Source: Spirochaetia bacterium (GTDB lineage Bacteria; Spirochaetota; Spirochaetia; WTKD01; G963693115). From it: a stretch of 64,000 nucleotides of DNA. The stretch lies in NCBI GenBank assembly GCA_965226065.1, contig OZ245332.1:585672-649671 (forward strand), given 5' to 3'. Each line of letters opens with the position of its first letter. The first letter of the stretch is position 1. Positions 22,367-31,680 of this stretch are shown here, piece after piece. The notes beneath the pieces are model-generated. The model did no database searches. It saw only the letters and a list, made by a program, of their open reading frames with translations, and was not told the origin of the DNA. Made by a program: the position numbers and the translations under genes.

Positions 22367-23959
22367 TTATTCTTCATATTCTATATTTTCTTTAATAACA
22401 GTTTCGAGGATATTCCGCTCATCATCGCTTAATGCTACAAGGGTATTAAGTTTTTTCTCAGAATACCACACGGCTAAATCGTATATTTTTGTAATTCCGT
22501 TATCAAAAAGCTTTTCTACTATAAAGTCACTTAATGGTAACTCGCGTATAGAGACACCTTGATCTTCTTCATTCTCTGTATCGCTTTCTTCATCACTGAG
22601 CGCTTCGGGTCTATGTACATCTTCAGCATCTTCAATATTATTATAAGCCTGTACTTCAACAATTTCTCGTAACACTTTACGCATATGAGTAACTTCATCG
22701 GATGAAAGATTTTTTGCAAATAATTGCGAATCTGACATTGGTATTAAGTCTTCTATATATTCTATACCTGCACTTTCAAGCTTAGAAACTACGTCAGCAC
22801 GCATGCCAGGAAGTTCTCGAACTTTTGCAATATCACTTTCTGCAGTATTTTGATTTTCATTTGCATCTGATTCGTCATTAAAAACTGACTGAATCATTTC
22901 ATTATTTTTGTTCATTTCTTTAAATTCAGATTCAGTCTTAACATTGATGTTCCAATCCGTAAGTCTATTTGCAAGTCGCACATTCAAGCCAAGCTTTCCT
23001 ATTGCTATGGGGAAATTTTCATCTTCTACAATTGCAATAGCAACGCGATTTTCGCGATCCATTACTATTACTTGCTTTACTTGTGCAGGAGAAAGCGCAT
23101 TGTGAATAAAGGTAAGCTGATCACTGTCATAGTGCAATACATCTATGCGCTCTCCATCAAGCTCAAGTATAATGTTGTTTATGCGAATTCCTCTTGCACC
23201 AACACAAGTGCCAACAGGGTCAATTTCTGAATGCATAGAACGAACTGCGACTTTTGTTCGGTAACCCGGCTCGCGTACTATTTTCACAATTTCAACAGTA
23301 CCATCATATAACTCCGGTATCTCAAGCTCAAAAATTTTCTTTACAAACTCAGGATGCGTTCTACTAAGAACAACCTCAAGACGATGTCCTTGTGTCCTCT
23401 CAACCGAATGGATCAACGCCTTTACTCTATCACCGACTCGGTATACTTCCTTTGGTGTTTGGAAACGCTTTGGCATCACGCCTTCGACTTTTCCAAGGTC
23501 CACTATGACATTATTATTTACTTCTCTTAAACAATAGCCAACTACAATTTCATTAAGCTTGTTCTTAAATTCAGATTGCAGTAAATCTCCTTCAAATTCT
23601 TTAATACGCTGCGTGGCTCTCTGGCTTGCAACCAACGTTTCATTGCGTGTAAATTGCTGAGGTTTTATTTCAATAAGAAGCTGATCACCTATTTCACACT
23701 CGGGCTCAAATTTCTTTGCATCTTCTAATCCGATTTCAAAAACTGATTTGTCTTCTTGCTTTTCTACAACAATGGTTTTTTTAGAATACAACGCAACTTC
23801 CGAATAATCGCTACTAAAGTCAACTACGACATTCTCATCAGTACCAAAACGCTTTTTATACGCAGCCTTTAATGAATCCTCAAGAACAATTCGTATCAGT
23901 TCTTCTGAAAAACCTTTTTCATTTTTGAGTTCTTGTATAATACTTGTTAATGTTGCCAT
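22367..23959 (-). CDS. nusA: Transcription termination factor NusA with acidic C-terminal extension
   Basis: REPGYRTKVAV, DPVGTCVG, AIGKLGLNVRLA. Confidence 0.96.
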   Translation of the reverse strand: MATLTSIIQELKNEKGFSEELIRIVLEDSLKAAYKKRFGTDENVVVDFSSDYSEVALYSKKTIVVEKQEDKSVFEIGLEDAKKFEPECEIGDQLLIEIKPQQFTRNETLVASQRATQRIKEFEGDLLQSEFKNKLNEIVVGYCLREVNNNVIVDLGKVEGVMPKRFQTPKEVYRVGDRVKALIHSVERTQGHRLEVVLSRTHPEFVKKIFELEIPELYDGTVEIVKIVREPGYRTKVAVRSMHSEIDPVGTCVGARGIRINNIILELDGERIDVLHYDSDQLTFIHNALSPAQVKQVIVMDRENRVAIAIVEDENFPIAIGKLGLNVRLANRLTDWNINVKTESEFKEMNKNNEMIQSVFNDESDANENQNTAESDIAKVRELPGMRADVVSKLESAGIEYIEDLIPMSDSQLFAKNLSSDEVTHMRKVLREIVEVQAYNNIEDAEDVHRPEALSDEESDTENEEDQGVSIRELPLSDFIVEKLFDNGITKIYDLAVWYSEKKLNTLVALSDDERNILETVIKENIEYEE

Positions 23960-24081
23960 AGATTTTTTAAATTCCGATTGATGTTAAGTTAAGAATAGTC
24001 GCAAATTTTATATTTGTTAGAATATTATATTCCTTATACGTTGTCAATAAAATTAAGAAGAATTGAAATGTATAATGTCCA

Positions 24082-24154
<73 letters not shown>

Positions 24155-24166
24155 TTGTTTTCTTAA

Positions 24167-24196
24167 AGTGTAAAAGAGTTAGCTACTATTTGTCAA
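24167..24196 (-). promoter_or_regulatory. Sigma70-type promoter for tRNA-Val (and possibly nusA)
   Basis: TTGACA-18 nt-TACACT; a second TTGACA lies 11 nt upstream. Confidence 0.55.
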
Positions 24197-24228
24197 ATAT
24201 TTGTCAATAAAATCTATACTCAACTAGA

Positions 24229-26313
24229 ATGAATAAAGATATGCATACTATTCACAATATAGGAATTATCGCACATATAGATGCGGGCAAGACCACAACT
24301 ACAGAACGGCTGTTATATGTTACAGGATTATCACACAAATTGGGTGAGGTCGATGAAGGAACCGCAGCAATGGACTGGATGGAACAAGAACAGGAACGCG
24401 GCATTACCATTTCATCCTCTGCAACGACTATTACATGGAAAAATCACACTGTAAATATAATAGATACGCCCGGGCATGTAGATTTCACCATTGAAGTAGA
24501 ACGCGCACTGAGGGTTTTAGATGGAGCTGTGGGAATCTTTTGTGCCGTAGGAGGTGTTGAACCACAATCTGAAACAGTGTGGAAACAATCACAGCACTAC
24601 GATGTAAGCAAAATAGCATACATCAATAAAATGGACAGATTAGGAGCAAATTTCGAGAAAACAATTGAAGACATTGCACGCAAACTTGCCGTAAAACCCT
24701 TGCCTTTGACCTTGCCCATAGGGAAAGAAAAAAACTTTGAAGGTATTATAGATCTTCTTAGAATGAAAGAGTTGCATTGGAATGCGGAAAAAAGCGGACT
24801 GGTATTTACCGAGAAATCCATTCGAAGCGAATTGTACGATATCGCACAAAACGCAAGAGATCACATTGTAGATATCGCTTCAGAATACAGCGATAGTATT
24901 GCAGAAAAATACCTCGCAAATGAAGAAATTACTAATGAACAGCTACTTACTGCACTAAAACAAGGTGTATTAAATCACAGCATACTACCTGTATTTTGTG
25001 GAGCAAGTCTAAAAAACATAGGCATACAAACATTGCTTGATGGCATCGTACATTTTTTGCCAAGCCCCGAAGATATACCAGAACTTATGGTACATGACTT
25101 TGCGAATATTGAGAAAACTATGCCATGGACTTACAAAAACAAGGCACTAGGATTGATTTTCAAATCAATAGTCGACAAGCATTTTGGACTGATGCACTTT
25201 GTGCGTGTCTACAGCGGAAGCATAAAAAACGCCTCAAACATTTTTAATGTAACTACAGGAGAAAAAGAACGCATAACCCGAGTACTGAAAATGCATGCAA
25301 ATAAATCCACACAAGTAGACGCATTGCATGCAGGTGAAATCGGCGTTCTCATTGGACCGAAGACTGTACGCACCGGACATACCGTAGCGGAAGATATTAA
25401 ACCGCGTATATTACTAGAATATATTCCGATACCCGAACCCGTTATCTCTGCAACGATGGAAGCACACAATATTTCAGAAAGAGACACTTTGTTAGATGTT
25501 TTATCAAAACTATCGGTAGAAGATCCAAGCCTTCGCTACGGAGAAGATAAGAGTACAGGACAAGTAGTTATATCGGGAATGGGAGAACTACATTTAGAAG
25601 TCATAGCAAAGCGCATACAAAGCGACTATAACATTACCTCACGGCTTGGTCATCCACAAGTGAAATATCGTGAATCGATACGTAAAACGCACAAAGAAAC
25701 ATTTGTCATGTCATCCATGCCTGCAGAAAAAAACGAGAATCTTCAATTGCACAAAACACCGCTTGAAATAACGCTGGAAGTTAGCGCAGGAGACGTGAAC
25801 ACAGGTATTATGTTTTACTCGCAAATAAAAGCAGAAAAAAAAGAAACTGCAAAATGCCTCGCTATTTCATTTATAGAAAAAGGCGTAAAAGAAGCAGCAC
25901 TTTCTGGAATTGCTCTTGGATTTCCTTGTGTCGATATGCGTATAAATCTTATAGACATTGCCTACGATTTTAACGCGGCACCCGTTCTCGATGAACTTTT
26001 ATATACTTACGCCGCATCACGCGCATTTCAACTCGCAGCTCATAATGCACAACCGGTAAAGATGGAGCCAATAATGAAAATGGTTGTTGTAAGCCCAAAA
26101 GAATGCGTCGGAGATGCGCTAAACACAATAACGCAACGCATGGGCATAGTCCACAAAGTAGATGAAGAACAAACGCAAAGTATTATTCACGCATATGCAG
26201 CATTACGTAAACTGTTTGGCTACGCAACTAGCATACGCAGTGCGACACAAGGCAGAGCGTCTTTCACAATGGAGTTTGATTGCTACAAAGCTACCCATAG
26301 CGACGAATCCTAG
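24229..26313 (+). CDS. fusA: Elongation factor G paralogue (EF-G2 type)
   Basis: AHIDAGKTT, ERGITI, DTPGHVDF, NKMD, GMGELHLE; divergent domain IV; not in an rpsL-rpsG operon. Confidence 0.9.
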   Translation: MNKDMHTIHNIGIIAHIDAGKTTTTERLLYVTGLSHKLGEVDEGTAAMDWMEQEQERGITISSSATTITWKNHTVNIIDTPGHVDFTIEVERALRVLDGAVGIFCAVGGVEPQSETVWKQSQHYDVSKIAYINKMDRLGANFEKTIEDIARKLAVKPLPLTLPIGKEKNFEGIIDLLRMKELHWNAEKSGLVFTEKSIRSELYDIAQNARDHIVDIASEYSDSIAEKYLANEEITNEQLLTALKQGVLNHSILPVFCGASLKNIGIQTLLDGIVHFLPSPEDIPELMVHDFANIEKTMPWTYKNKALGLIFKSIVDKHFGLMHFVRVYSGSIKNASNIFNVTTGEKERITRVLKMHANKSTQVDALHAGEIGVLIGPKTVRTGHTVAEDIKPRILLEYIPIPEPVISATMEAHNISERDTLLDVLSKLSVEDPSLRYGEDKSTGQVVISGMGELHLEVIAKRIQSDYNITSRLGHPQVKYRESIRKTHKETFVMSSMPAEKNENLQLHKTPLEITLEVSAGDVNTGIMFYSQIKAEKKETAKCLAISFIEKGVKEAALSGIALGFPCVDMRINLIDIAYDFNAAPVLDELLYTYAASRAFQLAAHNAQPVKMEPIMKMVVVSPKECVGDALNTITQRMGIVHKVDEEQTQSIIHAYAALRKLFGYATSIRSATQGRASFTMEFDCYKATHSDES

Positions 26314-26493
26314 CACTTCGCATTTCTAAAGACTAGCCTTGCCTGACTCAAGTTTTTTCTTGTCCTTTTGAAATTCATTGACCCTTAACAAACGAGCACT
26401 CTGTGAATTTTTGAATTTACAAAACTATACTACAGCTCAGTAATCTGTATAAGACCTTAACTATGTTTACTATAATATATTTGGAAAGAAAAA

Positions 26494-28827
26494 ATGATAG
26501 AAAATAAGCAAACTACTACCAAATTCACTCTCGGTGGCATACACTGTGTAGGATGCATACATTCTATAGAATCAGAACTGAAAAATGTTGCAGGTGTGCA
26601 CAGTGTTTCTATAAACACGATAACGCATAAAGCATTTGTAGAACATGAAAATACCGTAGATGTAGAACTCCTTATAGAAGCAGTAGTACGCTCTGGATAT
26701 AGTGCAACAACTGAAGAAAAATCCGCACATGACGAACAGTATTTACAAAATTCTAATACGATAACAGATACTAAAAACGCAAATCACAAAACACTTTGGA
26801 ATCTTGTATTTGTTTGGACAGGCTTTGCATTTATTATGGCAATAATGGCAGCACACTGGTTTGAGTTTTCATTGCCGATAACAACACTGTGGCAAAGTAT
26901 TATTCTCTTAAGCATTTCTACGGCATTGTTTTTTATTCCGGGCATGCCCATTATTAAAGGTGCGCTACATGCGCTGCGCTATAAGTCACTTACTATGGAT
27001 GTACTTACTTTTAGCGGCGTGGGTGCAGCACTGCTTTCAGGTATATTGCGCATAGCACATGAGCTTGGTATGTTTGAGCCAATTGGAAATTTTGCGGGCA
27101 TAGGAGGTATGATAGTAGCCTTTGCGGTAACAGGTAATACGATAGAAACACTATCGAGTAAAAAGTCATCAAAAGCTTTGGAACTTCTTTTAACAATGAG
27201 TCCACAACAGGCGCATGTAATTAGAAACGATGAAGAGATACTCATCCCTATTAACAAGCTTGTCGTAGGCGATACCGTAATAGTGCGCCCCGGCGAAAAA
27301 ATTCCATCAGATGGTGTTGTAATACATGGTAGCAGTGCAATAGACGAATCAATTGCCACAGGTGAGAGTCTACCGATAACGAAAACAGTAGATGACAGCG
27401 TCATAGGTGGTACGATAAATGGAGATGGTGTTTTACATCTGCGAATAAATGCCGTTGGAGAAAACACATTTTTACAGCATGTCATTGCACTTGTAGAAAA
27501 TGTACAAAGCGTGAAACCGCGCATACAAAAACTTGCCGATAGCATTTCATCGGTGTTAATTCCTATCATTTTAATACTCGCAGGTCTTACCTTTGTAGGA
27601 TGGCTGTTTTTTTCCAATACATTTTTACAAGTCACGCAATTTATCAATTTCACGCCCCAATGGTTAGAGGGTTCAAATGTAAGTCGTGCACTTTTTTCGT
27701 CAATTTCAGTGTTAGTTATAGCCTGCCCTTGTGCTTTAGGGCTCGCAACACCAGCAGCACTCTCAGTAGGCATTGGCACCAGCGCGCACATGGGTATTCT
27801 ATATAAAAACGCTCGCGTTATAGAAAGCATAAGTAAGCTTCACGTAATAGCAATGGACAAAACAGGCACCATAACCGAAGGAGCCCCGCGTATAAAATCT
27901 ATCACATCGCATGCAGAAGAATATAATTCACAAAAACTTTTACACTACAGCGCATCATTAGAACATAGCTCAGAACATCCATTAGCAAAAGCGATAATAC
28001 TACAATACGATGAACAATGCAAAGCGACAAATAGTAAACAACAACTTTATCACGTAGATGACTTTACTGCACACGCAGGATTTGGTATTTCAGGAACCAT
28101 AAATCAAAAGCAATTTTTCATCGGCACCGAAGCGTTTATCGAAAAACAAGGGCTAGACATTCCACAAGCCATGCACAAAGAAATACAAGCTCTGCAGGAT
28201 ATGGGTTCTACCATTAGCATACTTGCAGATAAAACACATGCTTTAGGACTTATTGCGTTTTCAGATACAATACGAAACGATAGTGCACAAGCAATAGATA
28301 TGTTTCACAAACATCGTTTACACACCGTCATGATAACAGGAGATAACGAAAAAGCTGCGCGGTACATTGCACAGCAAGCGCATATAGATGAAGTTATCGC
28401 ACAAGCAAAACCGCAAGACAAACAAAAATACGTACAACTTCAGCAACAGAAGCATAAAAAAATACTGATGGTCGGCGATGGCATAAATGACGCACCTGCA
28501 CTTGCCCTTGCCGATGTTGGCGTTGCAATGGGAAGTGGTACCGATGTTGCAATGGAATCAAGCGATGTCGTGCTTATGAAAAGCACACTCGGATCTCTTG
28601 CTTATGCATTAGTGTTTGCGAAAAAAATATATAGCGTAATACAACAAAATATTTTTTGGGCTTTCATCTACAACGGCATAGCCTTACCCTTTGCAGTTTT
28701 TGGTGTTATACATCCCGCCTTCGCCGAACTTGCGATGGGCTTAAGCTCCATCACCGTGCTTTCAAATTCTTTGAGTCTTTACAAATGGAAAACGTACGCT
28801 AAAATGAAAGCATTGCAAAGTACATGA
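26494..28827 (+). CDS. copA: Cu(I)-type P1B ATPase
   Basis: HMA CVGC, TGES, CPC, DKTGT, HP, GDGIND, YN and MxxSS motifs. Confidence 0.92.
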   Translation: MIENKQTTTKFTLGGIHCVGCIHSIESELKNVAGVHSVSINTITHKAFVEHENTVDVELLIEAVVRSGYSATTEEKSAHDEQYLQNSNTITDTKNANHKTLWNLVFVWTGFAFIMAIMAAHWFEFSLPITTLWQSIILLSISTALFFIPGMPIIKGALHALRYKSLTMDVLTFSGVGAALLSGILRIAHELGMFEPIGNFAGIGGMIVAFAVTGNTIETLSSKKSSKALELLLTMSPQQAHVIRNDEEILIPINKLVVGDTVIVRPGEKIPSDGVVIHGSSAIDESIATGESLPITKTVDDSVIGGTINGDGVLHLRINAVGENTFLQHVIALVENVQSVKPRIQKLADSISSVLIPIILILAGLTFVGWLFFSNTFLQVTQFINFTPQWLEGSNVSRALFSSISVLVIACPCALGLATPAALSVGIGTSAHMGILYKNARVIESISKLHVIAMDKTGTITEGAPRIKSITSHAEEYNSQKLLHYSASLEHSSEHPLAKAIILQYDEQCKATNSKQQLYHVDDFTAHAGFGISGTINQKQFFIGTEAFIEKQGLDIPQAMHKEIQALQDMGSTISILADKTHALGLIAFSDTIRNDSAQAIDMFHKHRLHTVMITGDNEKAARYIAQQAHIDEVIAQAKPQDKQKYVQLQQQKHKKILMVGDGINDAPALALADVGVAMGSGTDVAMESSDVVLMKSTLGSLAYALVFAKKIYSVIQQNIFWAFIYNGIALPFAVFGVIHPAFAELAMGLSSITVLSNSLSLYKWKTYAKMKALQST

Positions 28828-28842
28828 TATAGGACAAACTCG

Positions 28843-29885
28843 TTAATTGAGCCTATTACCCTCATGGTCGGTAAAGGTTATTTCGCCAAGATTATCAAAA
28901 ACTTGCCGTAAGTTTGTTGAACTATACAGGCTTCTACTCATTACTACTGTAGTAAGCGGATTTTCTCCAAAAGCCCAGGAACCTATACTCGTAACACTTT
29001 TGGGAATAGTTACGCTGCGGAGTAGGTTAAATCTAAAAGCCCAGGGACCTATACTAAGAACACCTTCGGGAATGGTTAAATGGGTTAATTGATTAGAAAG
29101 AAAAGCCGAGTTACCTATACTCGTAACACTTTTGGGAATGGTTACGCTGCGGAATTTTCTGGAGAAATATTTGTTGGCGGGTATAGCGGTAATTCCTGCC
29201 GGGAAGTCTTCTGCTTTAAGTTCTGTTTTCCTTATAAAATTTCTAATTTTAGTAAATTGTGCCCGAATTATTGCATTGTTGCTGTATTCTGGCTTCAGTC
29301 GAACAAATGCTTCAAGATCAATCAGTGCTTTTGCGTAGTCTTCACAGGACTCATCTAACTTAATGCAGGTGTTGGCTCTATGATAATACGCCTCTGCATA
29401 GTTTGAATCTAAGTCTATTGCCTTATTGAAGTAATCCATCGCGTTTTTGTACTTTATCAGTTTGTAAAAAACTAATCCTTTATAGTTATATGCTTGTGCA
29501 TACTCAGGCTTCAACTTTATCGCTTTGTTAAAAGAAAAAAGGGCGGCTTTTATAGAAGCGAAAAACATCTTTCTATTATCTTCTGTGTTCTCTTTAGGGA
29601 GGATCGACAATGCATGAAAGTAATAAGAACTGCCTAAGCTCACCCATGCCTGTGCATCTTTTGGTTTAAGCTCTACAAGCTTTTTATAGTTATTTATTGC
29701 TTTGCCCCATTCTTTTAAACGTGCATGCGCGACACCTCTATTTTGATAGCTATTGGCATCATCTGCAGTAGTCTTTTCTACTGTTATCTTGGGCTTGTTT
29801 ACGGGTTTTTCTTCACATGCTGTTAGTGAAGTAAGTATGATGAATATATATATATATATATATATATTCTTAATGGTTTCTTCAT
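28843..29885 (-). CDS. TPR plus BspA-type LRR lipoprotein, out of frame at an (AT)12 tract (putative phase OFF)
   Basis: AAGGAG RBS 8 nt before ATG 29885 (MKKPLR..); (AT)11 would give MKKPLRIYIYIYIFIILTSLTAC; TPR repeats then three LRR_5-like repeats (VTIPKSVTSIG..AF). Confidence 0.8.
29844..29867. repeat. (AT)12 dinucleotide microsatellite in a lipoprotein signal-peptide coding region
   Basis: Read directly from the sequence. Confidence 0.95.
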
Positions 29886-30268
29886 GTTCTTTTCTCCTTC
29901 TTACTTTTATAAATATCACTAGTACTAATATTGTTCAAGTCTATTTTAATGATTTTTTTGTAATGATTTTCTCCAATATGTAAGAGAGAACATAGGGGAG
30001 CTGATGCGGTGCGTTTTGGTTTACTTAAGGTGTTGCTACCTATTTGCAAGGCACACAAGCAATTACCATATGGGGAGTTGTGAAAATGTAGCATGTAATA
30101 TATGTGTGGGTTATAGCCCATATTGGGAGAGGGGGGTTAAAACAAAACAAAGAGGCACTGCAGAAACCATAAGAGAGTGCCTCACACATAGTAACGAACT
30201 TAATGATGTATGTTATATAGCACTAAGCAATAAAAAAATGTAGGGTTATTCCTTGTGCTGTTTCCGTA

Positions 30269-30367
30269 AGTATAACTACATGCTTTTTATCGCATAAAAA
30301 AGCCGTCTGCTTTATTCAAACAAACGGCACTATGATAGACATATGTATTATAGCATGTAGTTATACT
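30269..30367. repeat. 16-bp perfect inverted repeat (AGTATAACTACATGCT) enclosing 67 bp
   Basis: Arms at 30269..30284 and 30352..30367. Confidence 0.9.
30296..30328 (-). terminator. Rho-independent terminator inside the inverted-repeat element
   Basis: GCCGTTTG-11 nt-CAGACGGC followed by T6 on the minus strand, about 200 nt downstream of the iadA stop. Confidence 0.65.
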
Positions 30368-30396
30368 GCCTGACTACCTACAACTTCTACCGCTGC

Positions 30397-30518
30397 ACCG
30401 ACGATGTAGAACTCCTTATAGAAACTAAGCACAACAATTGAAGAAAAATCCGCACATGTCGAAGAAAGCGTAGGGCTACAAATGAAAGTATTCAAAGTAT
30501 ATGATATGAGACAAAACT
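30397..30518 (+). repeat. Collapsed degenerate duplicate of copA (5' fragments fused to the 3' end)
   Basis: GATGTAGAACTCCTTATAGAA and TGAAGAAAAATCCGCACATG match copA about 26659..26731; 30464..30518 aligns to copA end 28788..28840. Confidence 0.8.
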
Positions 30519-30524
30519 ATATGC

Positions 30525-31679
30525 TTATTCATATGTCCCCTTTAGTTTTAGTACTCCATTTTCTATTCCAATTTTACCGCCTACAAGCAGTGTTTCTATC
30601 TCAAAGTTTTCATCGCATATGAGAATATCAGCATAAGCTCCATGTGCAATAACTCCACGCGGTATACCCAATGCCCGAGCCACATTACTTGTTGCAAGAG
30701 ATAGTGCATCTTCAATGCCTAAGACCTTGTTTTGTATAAGAGTCTGCATTGTTCTATGTACGGTGTTATAAGGGAAGCATCCAATTTTTTGTAAGTGCCC
30801 ATCGTTATCATAACGAGACCAGCTCCCTCCTCCATCAGAACTCATTGTAACCTGTGTGAGGGCTATGTCGTTTTCTTGCAGCAATTTTATCAACTGTGAA
30901 AAAGAAATTGCGTTTGTCTCATCTCCTGCGGTTATGTCAATGATACCCCCTTGTTTTGCAAATTCTATTGCCTCATCAAATAGATGTAGACATCGTCCTA
31001 CATGGGTTGGGCGAAAATGCAGTATAGGAATTTCTGTTTCTTCAAGTATTTCACGTACCTGCGATAAAGCTCGCGTCCCATCGCCCATGTGCAATTTTAT
31101 ATAGGCGTTTTTCCCCGCAATCATGCCCGCAACACGCACATCACTAGCGAGCTGTTTCAATTCATCTTTACTGATAAGCGGCTCTCTATGATCTGAAAGC
31201 GCGAGTTTTACACCAAGCATTTCTTTGATAAACACAATGTCTTTTTTGACGGAGCCAGTGAGTGTAGGGCTTGGATAATCATAACTGCCTGTCAAGCAAT
31301 ACGCGGTGATTCCTTCTTCACTCAAAGCTTTTGTTTTCGCTAAAAGATTTTCTATACTCCGCGTGGTACTATCCGTACCGAGAAGCCCCACTACAGTAGT
31401 TATACCCGATTTTAAAAGCGCACTGAGCATTGCTTCGGGCGTTCGCGTTTTGAAACTACCCTCACCTCCTCCTCCAATTATATGTACGTGCTGGTCTACA
31501 ATGCCGGGTGTTATTATTTTTCCATGAGCATTTATTTTTGTAAAAGAAGCTTGATTAGAGAAAGTATCATACGCAATGTTTTTTCCAATTCCAATAATTC
31601 TATCATTGCATATGAGAATATCAGCTACTCCTATATCTTGTGGAGCAAATACATGTCCGCCTTCTATTACCGTAAACAT
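30525..31679 (-). CDS. iadA: Isoaspartyl dipeptidase (beta-aspartyl peptidase)
   Basis: PGIVDQHVHIIGGGGEG, GLLGTD, SDHR, HMGD, PTH, SSDGGGS. Confidence 0.95.
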   Translation of the reverse strand: MFTVIEGGHVFAPQDIGVADILICNDRIIGIGKNIAYDTFSNQASFTKINAHGKIITPGIVDQHVHIIGGGGEGSFKTRTPEAMLSALLKSGITTVVGLLGTDSTTRSIENLLAKTKALSEEGITAYCLTGSYDYPSPTLTGSVKKDIVFIKEMLGVKLALSDHREPLISKDELKQLASDVRVAGMIAGKNAYIKLHMGDGTRALSQVREILEETEIPILHFRPTHVGRCLHLFDEAIEFAKQGGIIDITAGDETNAISFSQLIKLLQENDIALTQVTMSSDGGGSWSRYDNDGHLQKIGCFPYNTVHRTMQTLIQNKVLGIEDALSLATSNVARALGIPRGVIAHGAYADILICDENFEIETLLVGGKIGIENGVLKLKGTYE

Positions 31680-31680
31680 T

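Noticed and set aside
26979..27830. 283-aa antisense ORF in copA, and the many other short antisense or nested ORFs
   Set aside because: Shadow frames of well-supported genes with no motifs of their own.
29886..29919. ORF-track start (GTG 29919) for the TPR-LRR gene
   Set aside because: No evident RBS and an atypical N-terminus; the SD-supported ATG at 29885 gives a canonical signal peptide once the AT tract is corrected.
30269..30367. Integron attC site (GTATAAC...GTTATAC ends)
   Set aside because: Arms are perfectly paired with no unpaired central spacer or extrahelical bases, it is single copy, and no integrase is present.
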